Of a stretch of 64,000 nt of DNA, positions 1 through 15,369 are shown piece after piece. The notes beneath the pieces are model-generated. The model was not told the DNA's origin, searched no databases, and saw only the letters and a list, made by a program, of their open reading frames with translations. The stretch lies in assembly GCF_009914755.1 (NCBI RefSeq), contig NC_060931.1; one strand, given 5' to 3'. This DNA is from the human T2T-CHM13v2.0 reference genome, Homo sapiens. Positions within the stretch are counted from its first letter, which is position 1; the number at the start of each line of letters is the position of its first letter. The position numbers were made by a program, and so were the translations under genes.

Positions 1-149
1 AAATGCCCAAATCCTACATGGTTCAAATGCAACTGTCTCTACACAGTCCTGATTCCTCCAACCGGAATGAATCCCCTCCTTTTCTAGAGCATTTGTCACT
101 CTGTATGGCTATTCTCATGTTCTACAATAATTTAAATCTTGGTGTTAAC

Positions 150-650
150 TAGGATTAAGCTCAGCTACATGTAACTGAAAATTATCCAAAATAATAATAG
201 CTTAAACACATATATTCTTTTCTCTTTCACATATTGAAGTCCTGAAGGAGGCAGCTGAAAGCTGTTTCACTGCTTCATGGTGTCATCAACTTAGGTTCTT
301 CTGTCCTGTTGCCCTGCCGTCCTTGGCACATGGCTTCAACCTCAGGGTTTAAAATGGTTGCTCAAGCTGGGGCCATTGTATCCACAATCTAATCAGCATG
401 AAAGAGGAAGAGAGGAAGAAGAGCATCGCCTCTGCACTTCAAGGGCCCATTCTGAAAGTTGTATATACCACTTCCACGTATATTACACTAGCCAGGATTG
501 AATCACACGTCCATATCTAGCAACCAAAGCAGCTGACAAATGCAGCCTTTATTCCATGTGGCCATATGCTGAGTTTAACAATATAGGGGTTATATTAATA
601 GGGCATAAAGACAGGATGATATAGGTACAACTATTAATCTCTGCTCCATT
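150..650. mobile_element. Old MaLR LTR (MLT1J/K-like)
   Basis: Diverged similarity to recalled MLT1 LTR consensus (aatagcttaaac..., aaaatggttgctc..., ccacttcc...gccagga...tcacacgtcc); boundaries approximate. Confidence 0.5.
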
Positions 651-896
651 TACCTATGAGAAGTATAAACTTTTTGATCTATGTTTGATTAACTTTGTAA
701 TATAAATCAATACATTTGATCTATAGTTGATCTAACTTTATAGTCTTAGAATCAGGAACAGTGTCATATATATTAATATTGAATGAACAACTACATGGAT
801 AAGAGTAAGGTATGGGGATACTAGTCCTCTGCACTTTTATTGACTCTGTCAATTCAAGTGACATTGAATATTGAGCTTGAATACCTCTGGCATTGA

Positions 897-1223
897 TTTT
901 ATTTTCTCTTTAATTTTTATTTGATTTTATTTTTGAGACAGGGTCTCGCTCTGTTGCCCAGGCTGAACTGCATTGTCACAGTCATGGCTTACTGCAGTCC
1001 CAGCATCCTGGGCTCAAGCAGTCCTCTCGCCTCAGCTTCTCGAGTAGCTGGAACAGGCACGTGCCACAACGCTTCGATAATTTTTTTTTTTTTTTTTTTT
1101 TTTTTGTAGAGACAGGGTCTCATTATTTTACCCAGGCTGGTCTGGATCTCCTGAGCTTGAACAATCCTCCTGACTCAGCCTCCCAAAGTGCTGGGATTGC
1201 AGGTGTGAGCCACTGCACCTGGC
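897..1223 (-). mobile_element. AluJ
   Basis: Reverse Alu dimer with J-type 'cctgggctcaagc', expanded middle T-run, ttgattttat on both flanks. Confidence 0.9.
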
Positions 1224-1299
1224 TTTGATTTTATCTTATTATGCTCACATGCCTACCAGACATTGAGAACCAAAGTGATATTTAAATATAGGGAAGTAA

Positions 1300-1610
1300 G
1301 GCCGGGCATGGTGGCTCATGCCTGTAATCCCAACACTTTGGGAAGCCTAGGTGAGCAGATCACCTGAGGTCAGGAGTTCAAGACCAGCCTCGCCAACATG
1401 GCGAAACCCTGTCTCTACTAGAAATACAAAAATTAGCTGGGTGTAGTGGTGCATGCCTGTAATCCCAGTTACTCAGGAGGGTGAGACACAAGAATCGCTT
1501 GAACCCGGGGTGGGGGTGGGGGGAGGTTGCAGTGAGCCGAGATTGTGCCACTGCACTCCAGCCTGGGTGACAGAGTGAGACTCTGTCTCAAAAATAAAAA
1601 TAAAAATAAA
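1300..1610 (+). mobile_element. AluSx-like
   Basis: Full dimer; TSD taaat(a/c)agggaagt-type at 1283-1297 and 1611-1625. Confidence 0.95.
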
Positions 1611-1773
1611 TAAATACAGGGAAGTGAGATGAAAGTGATTACTCCAAATATTTTGAGCAATGGATATCTGGAAATCATGTGTATTATACTTATGCTAACG
1701 TCAAATTTAAATGCCATTATTGGCAAGCTTACTGTTATTGCTCCACTCCAAATATCTGTATGGTTCAGATTTA

Positions 1774-2069
<296 letters not shown>

Positions 2070-3154
2070 AATGGTCCGGATTTAAAATTCACAAATCTGA
2101 CCCTGGCTGATTATCAAAAGCATTGGGATTGTCAACTTTAATTTAAAAGAAGAAATGTGGATTACTGTCTTTCTTGTTCCTTTCTCTCTGGGCCAGTGAC
2201 AGATTATGTCATCTTGTCGCTGAAAGCTGCTTGGATTTGAAGAAGCTTTCTAAAATATACTCCTCCACTACCACCCCCAATAATGAAAAATGTTGGCTTT
2301 GGAGGAGTTAGGTCATATCCCCTTGGGTACCCCCACACACTATAATTTATAATTCGAGTTCCCTAGCTCCATCTTAGATTGTGGTATGGGAGGAAGACTG
2401 TTGAATTTCACTTTCTAGTTCTCTATCTATTGGTCACTAGAGCTTAGGACTCTAAGGCTTCCTATCATGTTTCATGTCTGCATGAAGGTTTAAAGCGTTT
2501 CCCTAACAACTCACAGATACACTGTTGGGAAGCAAAGGCCTTCCATTTGGGCAAGAACAGGAAGAAGAGGGGAGTGGGAACTAAATACTACAGGAATTTA
2601 AATATAAAATAAATTGTATCTCTGTCTCTTACATTCTCCCTATAATGGCTACAATCTTCTAATTTTGTTTGACTTCCTTTTATGTGCCTAACACCATAGA
2701 GCAGGCTTTATCATTAAAACTCAGATTTGATCAGGTTTTGATGAAGCTCAGAAGCTTAATCTTCTATACACTGACAGGAAGATTTAAAGTTGAATCCACC
2801 CACCCATTCAACAATTGCCTGTTGAGTGAGGACTCAACAGGCAATATGACTAACATCAATACTTAAAATGAACACAAAGATGAATCTCATGTCAGGTTGG
2901 CTCTCAGGAAGATGACAAGCTAACCACACAAAATAAATATCACACAAGAGGTATAGATTCGCATTATTCAAAATAGCAATGGATTAAAGAAGATATTTCT
3001 TTTCCATTTTAAGATATGTAGAGGTGGGAAACCATGGTGACAGGGTTACTCTGCCATGTCTAGCCCTGTCTAGCTTTCATTTCTAAGGCTCCTTCATGGT
3101 CTCATGCTGTTTTGGGAGTTCCAGCCTTCAGAATGAGCAGGAAAGAAGAAGAGC

Positions 3155-3938
<784 letters not shown>

Positions 3939-4230
3939 CCTCTCACTTTTGATAGAAACTATTCAGTTTCCATACCTAACTACATGGGCAGCGGAGAAAT
4001 GTAGTATTTACTCAGTGGACATGTACTCAATTAAACATGAGACATTCCATTACTAATTATAAGTAAAAGTGATATTGTTTTACTAAAAAGTTACTTAGAA
4101 AATGTGACAGATTATTATAACACTCTGCTCATTTGGAATGATGCCCAATTCTAATGTTAGATTTGTATGCTTCATAAAAATAAAAAGTAGTAACCTCATA
4201 TAAAACAGAAACTGTAAAAGCCCTACTGGG

Positions 4231-4525
4231 GGCTGGGCACGGTGGCTCATGCCTGTAATCTCAGCACTTTGGGAGGCTGAGGCAAGCGGATCACGAGGTC
4301 AGGAGTTCCAGACTAGCCTGACCAACATGGTGATACCCTGTCTCTACTAAAAATACAAAAGTTAGCCAGGCACGGTGGTGCGTGCCTATAATCCCAGCTA
4401 CTCGGGGGACTGAGGCAGGAGAATTACTTGAACTCAGGAGGCGGAGGTTGCAGTGAGCCGAGATCTCCCCACTGCACTCCAGCCTGGGTGACAGAGCAAG
4501 ACTTTGTCTGAAAAAAAAAAAAAAA
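4231..4525 (+). mobile_element. AluS
   Basis: Full Alu dimer with A tail. Confidence 0.93.
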
Positions 4526-4657
4526 CTGACAAATTCCATAATTGCCATATTTTCCTGAGGTGTTCATAGGTTAGGTAAGCTAGTTTATACTCCTTTTGCT
4601 GTTGCTTCTCTATGCCTTAACTCTAGCTCTAACTCTGAAAAATCTCATACTTTTTTA

Positions 4658-4991
4658 AATTAATTTTTTTTTGAGATGGGGTCTTGCTTTGTTGCCCAGG
4701 CTGGAGTGTAGTGCTGTGGTCATAGCTCACTGCAGCCTCAAACTCCTGGGTTCAAGCAATCCTCCTGCCTCAGCCTCCTGAGTAGCTGGGACTACAGGTA
4801 TGTGCCACCATATCTATCTAATTAAAAAAAAAAACACCTTTTTTTTTTTTGTGTGTGTGTGTGTGTAGAGATAAGATTTCATGATATTTCCCAGATTCCC
4901 AGACTGGTCTCAAACTCCCGGCCTCAAGTGATTCTCTTTCCTCAGCTTCCTGAAGTGCTGGAATTAGAGGCATGAACCTCTGCGTCTGGCC
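4658..4991 (-). mobile_element. AluJ with (TG)n in the middle A-rich linker
   Basis: Reverse dimer; TSD ctcatactttt / ctcagactttt. Confidence 0.9.
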
Positions 4992-5024
4992 TCAGACTTT
5001 TTTTTTTAATCAGGAAAGAAATCA

Positions 5025-5343
<319 letters not shown>

Positions 5344-5759
5344 CTACATTTGAGAAGAAAAATCTGTTAAGCTCATAGACGTATAATATGGGGGCAATAA
5401 AGTGTTTCTTTTTGAAAAGAGGCAATTGATTATCTAGTCAATCTAGTCAAATGGAACCATTTCTATATAGAGTTGAGAAAAGTAAAGAAATAAAGCCTCA
5501 GGCTTAAAATAAACTACACTACATGAAGAGACATTTCTAGGACTCAGAAAGTAGAGAGCAGCCTGATACTCAAAGTTTTGGGTGGTGGATCTTGGTTTAT
5601 AAAGCTATGAAGAGTAAAGTCAAGATACGGGCGTACCTCAGCAATATTGTAGGTTTGATTCCAGACCAGCGCAATGAAGCAAATGTAACAATGATGCAAG
5701 TCCACCAATTTTTTGATTTCAGTGTATATAGATTTCAGTGTATATAGAAGTTATGTTTA

Positions 5760-6062
5760 GGCCAGGTGTGGTGGCTTCTACCTGTAATTCCAGCATTTTT
5801 GGGGGGCCAGAGTGGGAGGACTGCTTGAGGCCAGGAGTTTAAGACCAGCCTGGGCAGCATGGAAAGACCTCATCTCTACAAAAAATTTTAAAAAGTTATC
5901 TGGGCATGGTGGCACTCACCTGTGTTCCTAGATACTCCAGAGGCTGAGGCAGGAGGTTCGCTTGAGCCCAGGAGGTTGAGGCTGCAGTGAGTCTTGTTTG
6001 AGCCATTGTACTCCAGCCTGGATGACAGAGCAAGACCCTGTCTCAAGAAAAAAGAAAAAAAA
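5760..6062 (+). mobile_element. AluJ inside Tigger1
   Basis: TSD agaagtta(t/a)gttta 5746-5759 / 6063-6076. Confidence 0.92.
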
Positions 6063-6156
6063 AGAAGTTAAGTTTACACTATACTGTAGTCTATTGTGTG
6101 AAATAGCCTTATGTCTTAAAAAATGTACATATGTTAGTTTTAAAATACCTTATTGC

Positions 6157-6478
<322 letters not shown>

Positions 6479-7509
6479 TTATCAACTAAGTTTAGGTTAT
6501 ATTCTAAATTCTTTGTTGTAATTACAACAATGTTCTCAGCATCTTCACCAGGAGTAGGTTTAACTTAAGAATCCACTTACTTTGCTTATACATAAGAAGC
6601 AACTCCTCATCCATTCAACTTTGATCATGAGATTGCCACATCTTTAGGATTCACTTGTAATTGTAGTTCTCTTGCTGTTTCCACCACATCTGCAGTTATT
6701 TTCTCTACTAAACGCTTGAACCCCTCATAGTCATCAATATGGGTTGAAATCAGCTTCTTCCAAACTTATATTAATGTTGATATTTTGATTTCCTCCTATG
6801 AATCACAAATATTTTAATGGCAACTAGAATAGTCAATCCTTTCCAAAAGGTTTTCAATTTATTTTGCTCAGATCTATCAGAGGAATCACTATCTATGGCA
6901 GCTATAACCTTATGAAATATATTACTTAAAGAATAACACTTGAAAGTAAAAATTACTTCTTGATTCATGAGCTATGGAATGAATGTTGTGTTCACAGCCA
7001 AGAAAAACAATATTAATCTTCCTGTACATCTCCATCAGAGCTCTTGGGTGATCCGGTCCACTGTCCATGAGCAGTACTATTTTGAAAGGAATCCTCTTTT
7101 CTGAGCAATAGGTCTCAACAGAGGACTTAAAATTTTCAGTAAACCATGATTTAAACAGATGTGTTGTTATCCAAGATTTGCTGTTCCAATTCTAGTGCAC
7201 AGACAGAATAGATTTAGCATCTTAAGGGCCCTGGGATTTTGAGAATGGTAAATGAGCATTGGCTTCAACTTAAAGTCACCAGCTGCAATTAGCCCCTAAC
7301 AAGAGTCAGTCTGCCCTTTGAAGCTGGCAGACATAGACTTCTCCTCTCTAGCTATAAATATCCTAGATGGCATATTCTTCTAATAGAAGGCTGTTTCATC
7401 TACATTGAAAATCTGTTGTTTAGTGTAGTCAACTTCATCAGTGATCTCAGCTACATCTTCTGGATAACTTGCTGCAGCTTCTACATCAGCACTTGTGGCT
7501 TTATCTTGC

Positions 7510-7911
<402 letters not shown>

Positions 7912-8908
7912 TAGCATTGAAGAGTTAGGACCTTGCTCTGGATTAGGCTTTGGTTTAAGGGAATGTTGTGTCTGGTTTGGTCTTATATCCAGACCACTCA
8001 AACTTTCTCCTTATCAGCCAAAGGCTGTTTTGCTCTCTTATGGTTTCATGTGTTCACTGAGGTAGCACTTCTAATTTTCTTCTAGAACTTTTCCTTTGCA
8101 TTCATAATTTTGCTAGCTATTTGGTGCAAGAAGACTAGCTTTTGGCCTATCTCAGTTTTCAATATGTTCTCCTTACTAAATTTAATCATTTCTAGTTTTT
8201 GATTGAAAAGTGAGAGATGTGTGACTCTTCCTTTCACTTGGCCTAATTTAAATGGTGTTGTGTCTCAGGGAATAGGAAGATACAAGGAGAGATAAAGAGC
8301 TGGAGGAAAGACCAATCAGTGGAGCAGTCAGTATACATACAAATTATTGATTAAATTGGCTGTTATATAGGCACAGTATACGTTGCCCCAAAATAATTAC
8401 AATAACATGAATGATCACTGATGACAGACCACCATAATAGATATAATAGTAATGAATGTGTTGAAATATTGCAAGAATTACCAAAATGTGACATAGACAT
8501 GAAATGAGTACATGCTTTTGGAAAAATGGCACCAATAATCTTGTTCAACTTGGGGTTGATACAGCCTTCAATTTGCAAAAAATGCAGCATCTGCAAAGAG
8601 CAATAAAGTGTAACACAATAAAATGGCGTATGTTTGTGTCAACGAAGATCTAAGCTTTTACAAGAAACTATCCTAAACCTATTAACTAAACACATTACCC
8701 TCGTAATCTTAGGAATTTCTGTATGTCAAATTTTCAGACAAATTTGAGTCTTCTCACAAAGTTTATTTAGGGGTTTTGTTTTGCTCTGTGAGCCGATAAT
8801 ACATTTAAGACAGGATATCAATTCAAAATTGTTTTGCTAATCTAACATTTTTCTCCACATAGCCCTCTTTGCTTGTCTAGGGTTTCTTTTTATCAGTTTC
8901 CTGAGCTG

Positions 8909-9044
8909 CTTCTTTTCTTCCTCTTCCTCTTCCTCTTCCTCTTCCTCTTCCTCCTCCTCCTCCTCCTCCTCTTCCTCTTCCTCTTCCTCTTCCTCTTCTT
9001 CTTCTTCTTCTTCTTCTTCTTCTTTTCTTCTTCTTCTTCTTTTT
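8909..9044. repeat. Compound pure-pyrimidine microsatellite (CTTCCT)n(CCT)n(CTTCCT)n(CTT)n
   Basis: Directly visible; ~136 nt with only C/T. Confidence 0.97.
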
Positions 9045-10284
9045 GGTATCCAAAAGCAGAATGATGACTCACCTTAAAGAAGAATTTTTTCATTTGCTAC
9101 ATATTACTCAGAATAAAACTAACTCTCATATGAGGAAGTGACAGGAGAAATAGAAATCTCTTTCTCAAGGTAAACAAAACAAAATTTTAAAAAAGAAATC
9201 CTTGGTTGTCAAAGTTGCCAATCAAGTTTAGATTTCTACACCCATTTTACTATTCTTGACTTTAAACTGCCCATCAGAACAGACTCTGAGATATGAAGGG
9301 ATACTTAATGCTCTCCTTCTTGTCCAAAGGATCCAATCAAGTCTGTTAGCAGTCAAAGAGACAGTAACTCCAAGCTATAAAACTCTAACCCACTGAGTAT
9401 ATTATGTGCTTAGTTTTGTCCAGATTTATTACCGTTTAGCAAATCCAGGTGCAGTTTATAAGCGAAGCTTTGTAAGGAATTTTCCATTGAGCAGTCAGTG
9501 TTGCATACAAGCAATTCCTGATTTTTAAAAGCCCATTTAACTTTCAGTATTACTAAACTTTAATACTGCAATATTAGTCAGGCTTATGAGAGCTAAAAAA
9601 AAGGAAGTCTAGTTTTCTCTTGTTTCCTTGGAAACAGGCAAAATTTTGAAATAAAAAAAAATTCTGAATGCCCTTTTAGTAGTATCCCATTTTGTTTTTT
9701 CACGGTCACTTCCAAGACCACCCAGATAAACAGCTTCAGTATCTTCTTCCTGCCCTAAGTGCCCTTTGTAGGACTCTTTCGGGGCCAATCCTGCTCTTCA
9801 AGGTATTCTCTGTTCCCAATAGTCCTATCACTCCTTCCTGAGTCTAACTGGATTTTCAGCCCCACAGCCTTCCTTTGGGTATTATGAGGAGTGCAATCTG
9901 ATTGAATTAGTTTGAATTCTGTAATTCAAACTAGTGTGTAATAGTTTCTTCAGTTTCAAGTTGTTTACATTATTAAAGGAGAATGCTTCTTACTTAATCA
10001 GGATGGCCAACTGCAAGAATTTCATTCAGGACAACAAAATGAAATGAAATAAATAGTTTCTACTATAACATGAAGGAGTTAAACTGGATGACTTTTCATA
10101 TTCCCTTTACCCCTGATGTTCTTTAACTTTATAACATAATAAGGGTTGTAAAAGGGAAGGATATTTCTGGCCACAGGGTGTCAGTTTCTGCAGCCTTTTT
10201 CCTCCCACACCTGGACTACCCAGACTCAGCTCAACTGTTGTCCTTAGGACCAATCTGGACTTTAGGCTGGAATCATGAAAGAAG

Positions 10285-10991
10285 CTCCAAAACAACACAA
10301 ATATAATGCGAGTCACATATGTAATTTTAAGTTTTCTAGTAGCCACATTTTAAATAGTAAAAAGAAATAGGTGCTGGGTACAGTGGCTCACACCTGTAAT
10401 CCCAGCACTTTGGGAGGCCAAGGTGACCTCTCTCTCTCCAACACCCCTTATAAAAAGAAAAAAGGAAATTTTATTTTATTTTATTTTATTTTGAGACAAG
10501 ATCTCACTCTGTCTTCCAGGCTGGAGTGCAGTGACACAATCTTGGTCACTGCCTCCGGCTCTCGGGCCCAAGCGATCCTCCACCTCAGCCTCCTGAGTAG
10601 CTGGGACTACAGACACCACCACCACACCCAGCTAATTTTTGTATTTTTTGTAGAGGTGGGGCCTTGCTATGTTGCCCAGGCTGGTCTCAAACTCCTGGAC
10701 CCAAGCAATCACCCACCTTGAAATCCCAAAGTGCTGGACGGGCTTGAGCCACTGCGCCTGGTCTAAATTTTTTTTTCATAGTTTATTTTATTTAACCCAA
10801 TATATTCGAAATGTTCAACATGTAATCAATATAAAAATTATTAATGACTATTTTACATTACTATTTTCATAGTCTTTAAAACCCAGTGTGTTTTTTAGGC
10901 TTACAGCACATCTCAGTTCAGACTAGCAACATTTCACGTACTTAATAGCCACATGTGACTAGTGGCTACCTTAGTCACCAGGACAGCGTAG
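10285..10991. mobile_element. MER33 (hAT-Charlie), interrupted by an Alu 5' stub and an AluJ
   Basis: aaatataatgcgagtcacatatgtaattttaa...tagccacatgtgactagtggctacc...ggacagcg matches recalled MER33. Confidence 0.8.
10470..10763 (-). mobile_element. AluJ (preceded by a + strand Alu 5' fragment at ~10373-10425)
   Basis: Reverse Alu dimer sequence. Confidence 0.88.
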
Positions 10992-10999
10992 TTCTAGAC

Positions 11000-11350
11000 C
11001 ATGACTTTTGACCTCGGCTGCATATTAAAATCATTTGGGGACCTTTGAAAAGTGCTTACATTTAAGCTGAACCCCAGACTTTAACTTAGAATCTATTGGA
11101 GTAGAACCTGACCTCAGGGATTTTTTTTAAAAGCTATCCAGGTAATTACGATGGTTGAGTACATTCTAGATGAGTGTTTTTCAACTTTTGCTTACAACAC
11201 TTGGATAGTTTTTGTTTTAAAGAGCAACATCTAGGCTCCACCAACGGAAAACCCAATTTTAATTAGTTTAGAATGGGTACTAGGCAAAAATATTTGTTTA
11301 AATTTCTCCAAGTGGTTACAACATACTAGCTGGGTAAAGAAGCATTGGCT
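11000..11350. mobile_element. Two adjacent diverged MER5-like DNA elements
   Basis: ggctgcatattaaaatcatttgggg...aaaagct.tccaggtaatt motifs, present twice. Confidence 0.55.
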
Positions 11351-12013
11351 GACACTTTTGAACTTAGTACTCTGTTAGCTCCTTTCTCCACAGTCTTCCT
11401 GATCAGCTGGTAACAGGCTTCTACCTTGTTTCCAAGACCCACTTCACAAACTATACCCTCAGCCTTTTACCTGGTTGCTTGTTTTTGTTCCTCTGCTTGA
11501 CCCTACTTCATGTCTAGCTAGTATTCCATGTCCATAGGTCTGCAGTCCTTTGCCTTGCTGGGTTTTCTCTCGGGCACTAGAATTCTCCCTCGAGTACCCA
11601 CCAGTGAATAGGTCACCTTCTGACACTTCCTTGTTAGTAGTTGTTGGCCTGTGGGGATTCCCAGGTATTACCCTTCCCTGGATTCTATATCTTTATGCTT
11701 GATTGCTCATTGGACACCTTCCTCAGACCACAATAGACTTCCCCATGCCCTGGGGTTGCCTCTACTACCACCTACTGCCTGTTTGTATCGACTCCAGGTG
11801 CCACAGACTTCCTCAGCCTTCAGCTGGGTTTATCACCGCAGCACGTGCCCCCCAACACAGTATTATATCCAGGTCATATATTCTCCTACTCTGCCCATTC
11901 TGATACAGCCAGACAGATTGAATAAAATCCCAGGAGAAGGAATGTCTCTATGATAAGGGCACATTTTATTGTCCCTCCTCCTTCCCTGAAAGCCCCCACT
12001 ATAGTAAATCTTT

Positions 12014-12358
12014 TTGTTGTTGTTGTTTGTTTGTTTTTGAGATGGAATCTCTCTCTGTCACCCACCCAGGTTGGAGTGCAGTGGCGCAATGTTGGCTCAC
12101 TGCAACCTCTGCCTCCCGGTTCAAGTGATTCTCCTGCCTCAGCCTCCTGAGTAGCTGGGACTACAGGTGCCTGCCACCACATTCGGCTAATTTTTGTATT
12201 TTTAGTAGAGACGGGGTTTCACCATGGTGGCCAGTCTGGTCTTGAACTCCTGACCTCAAATAATCTGCTAGCCTCGGTCTCTCAAAGTGCTGGGATTACA
12301 AGCATGAGCTTTGTAATCCCAGTAGTGGGATTACATTGAAATACCACTGTGCCCAGCC
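12014..12358 (-). mobile_element. AluSx with a 35-nt templated insertion near its 5' end
   Basis: Reverse dimer, (TTG/TTTG)n tail, insertion at 12310-12344. Confidence 0.92.
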
Positions 12359-12989
12359 TAGAGTAAATTTTCTTCCACTGTGAATAAACTTTATAAATTT
12401 TCCCCTAGTACTGCTTTGTGCAGAAACTGTGTTCTTTCTCTTATGAGCTGCATCTCAGGTACTACTATAACCATCTACACACTAAACCAAGCTAGGAGCC
12501 TCGGGGATGCCTTTCACTTCTGTGTTCCCGATCTCCAACTGGTTATCATGTTTTTTAAAAAATTATTATTTTACCAAATTTCTCCATGTTATGACACACC
12601 CCTGCACTTATCTCCCTGCACTTAACTTTCCAGAATACATTGAAATAGCACACACTTGCTTACAACTTCTGCTGGTTCCCATTTGCTTACAAACTTAAGT
12701 ACAAATTCCTAAGCATGACACACGGCAATAAAATTAGCAATGTATAATGCTGCCAGGACTGAGTTAAGAACTCCCATGTTTCAGCCTATCCTCAATCTTT
12801 CTTTTCAGCCTCACCTTATTATGTTTGTCTCATGCCTTCTGTCTAATCTTCTTGAACATGCACTGTGCATTCAAGAACTTTTCCCATGTTGCTGTTCCCA
12901 TGTTTATGTTTAAATGGAGTAGCTATTCTAAAGTTCTGTGACTCTGTGTTTTTCCTCTATGGATCCTTAGGACTTTGTGCTGAATTACA

Positions 12990-13115
12990 TTACTAGCACT
13001 TACTGGATGATTAGTTATTTATGTCTGTTTACCCAGTTAGAATGTGAGCAGACATTTCTTCTCCTTTCTGTGTTCTCCTCCCTGGCACATGCTAGGCACT
13101 CAATAAATGTTAGAT
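12990..13115. mobile_element. L2 3' end fragment
   Basis: cctggcacatgctaggcactcaataaatgt is the typical L2 terminus. Confidence 0.65.
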
Positions 13116-13556
13116 ATAGTTATTTTATAAGACGACCATAGCTTAATGTATGTGGAACTGTGGAGATTCTTTTATCTTCACCCATTTCAAAAGTTAATCA
13201 TTGGTATGCATTCTGAGAGCATTTGATTTTTTAAAAAATGAAGATTTTAGTCCCAGGTTTCATTTTTCCTTCTTTTCTTTTTGTCACAAACATCAGTCAG
13301 TGCTATTTATTGTCTCAGAGAAAAGTAAAGAGAGGCAGAATAAATAACTAATACTGGCTTCTGAAATTTTACGGTAAAAACCAATAATATGTCAAAGCAT
13401 ACTGATTTGCAAGAATTGAACAATTTGAAGGAGAAAATTATTTTAGGTCTCCAAAAGTCAGAACTTAGAGAACCAAGCAAAGTTTATACCAGAAACTTTC
13501 AAACCTTTTTTGACAGTAACTCCCAGAAATAAATATTTTACACCTTGGTTCAGTGT

Positions 13557-13560
<4 letters not shown>

Positions 13561-13600
<40 letters not shown>
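13561..13600. repeat. (CA)20 microsatellite
   Basis: Directly visible. Confidence 0.98.
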
Positions 13601-13602
<2 letters not shown>

Positions 13603-15131
13603 GTATTACAAAACAATACATACCCTTATTACATGACAGAGTTATATTTTCTATTCTGTTTGATTTTATTTAATTTTAACAAAAATGATTTTATAAACTA
13701 TTAATGAGTCACGATTCATGGTGTGAAAAAATCTCTGGTTTATCCTACAAACCATAAAATGGGAAGAATTTATTGTTAAATGTCAGGGCATCTTTTTCAC
13801 CACAATGAAAAGAGATAAAATGTCAATTAGCTGTTGAAGAAGAAGACGAAAGGGACGTGGCTAAGATTTTCATTCTGCCTTAGCTAGAAAATCCAAATAG
13901 GTTGAGGAGGAATTAAAGAAAAACATCTAAGAAGAACACAGGCCCCTTAGAGAGGCTTGGCAGAAACCCTGGCGCTGATAGAACTTTTGTGACGACAGCT
14001 GATGGGAGTGTCTGGGATCCAAGGCCTGAAAGCACACTTGTACAGGCCCATACATTTCAGCACAGGAAGGGACACAGCTGAGTGTCCTTGAGTTCTCAAG
14101 TGGTATATAGAAGAACTGAGAGGCCTGGGGGACTAGAAACGGCCCGACACTAGGAGAGAAAACCTCTAAATGCATCAGATCTGGCACCACAGATAGCAGC
14201 AGCAGATGTCAGCTCATGATACCCCAAGGCCAAGCAGGGGCAGCTAAGGCACAGCAAATGCCAAGTTAAGATACCAGGTGGGACACGACACATCTAAATG
14301 GGGCACAGCCCTTGGACCAGATATTCCCTATTCTCACCCTCAACATATAAATACACCAGGGTGATCATAAATCCCCAGGGGACTTAGTTCACTTTAGGGG
14401 AGAGAAGACAAGACCAAAGATGGGGAAGAAGAAAAGAAGGAAAGTGGTACTTTAAAAAACACTATCTGCCTGAAAGACGTGAAATTTTAAAGAAGAGTTA
14501 AAGATATTGAAAATGCAGGAATATGAGATTTCCACCATCATTTCTGTACATTTGAGTAATGACTGCCAATTTTAAACCTACTAAACACAGTTGCCAAAGT
14601 AATACATTATCCAATGGCTAGCGTCTTCCATCATCAGCAAAGGTTCTCTGAATGATACACATAACGATGAAAATTTTGTCATTCTTCTTGTTTACCTTAA
14701 CAGAACATAGCCAGAGGGAGGCGATGCTGCAGCAGCCACTGATGGTGATCTCTTGAGGTAGCTGGGGCACTACAGCAGCCAGGCCAAGGCAGGGAAGAGC
14801 TGGAAGGCCGTCAGTGGGGATAATGTAAATCCAGAACGAGCCTGGGCTACAGAGGGATATCTGAAATGGAGAGTTTGACTAGCCCCTTGGGGCAAAGCAG
14901 TGACTAGAACAGGATCCCAAGAAAGAACGCTTGCTGAACCTCTTATGGCATGAGAACGGTGCAATGGGAACACACTAGGGTCCAATGCTGGGTGACCGAG
15001 GAGGAAGACCCTGAACCATTGCGGAAGCCAGCTAAATAGGAGACAGGCTGTGTACAGGAGCTAGTTAGCTAGTTTGTTCAAGAGTAGCTATGAAGCTGAA
15101 TTCATGATATGAGTTTTACTGGTACCATTTT

Positions 15132-15154
15132 TCTTTCTTTCTCTTTCTTTCTTT

Positions 15155-15210
<56 letters not shown>

Positions 15211-15369
15211 TTTTTTTTTTTTAAGATAGGATCTTGTTCTGTCGCCCAGGCTGGAATACAGTGGCATGATCTGGGCTCACTGCAACCTCTGCCTCACAGG
15301 TTCAAGCCATCCTCCTGCCTCACCCTCCGGAGTAGTTGAGACTATAGGCGTGAGCCACCATGCCTGAGC
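15132..15369 (-). mobile_element. Alu right monomer (FRAM-like) with (TTTC)n tail
   Basis: Single monomer bounded by TSD actggta(c/a)catttt 15118-15131 / 15370-15383. Confidence 0.85.

Noticed and set aside
5715-5746. Perfect 16-bp tandem duplication gatttcagtgtatata (similar short duplications at 31077-31132 and 44980-45021)
   Set aside because: Ordinary slippage duplications; two units only, no spacers, not CRISPR-like
8873-9093. Poly-Lys/Arg (protamine-like) and poly-Leu/Phe ORFs
   Set aside because: Translation of the CT microsatellite
13780-15100. Purine-rich, LTR-like unique-looking stretches (also ~40500-41270 and ~48300-48960)
   Set aside because: Probably ancient LTR remnants, but I cannot assign a family or function from sequence alone
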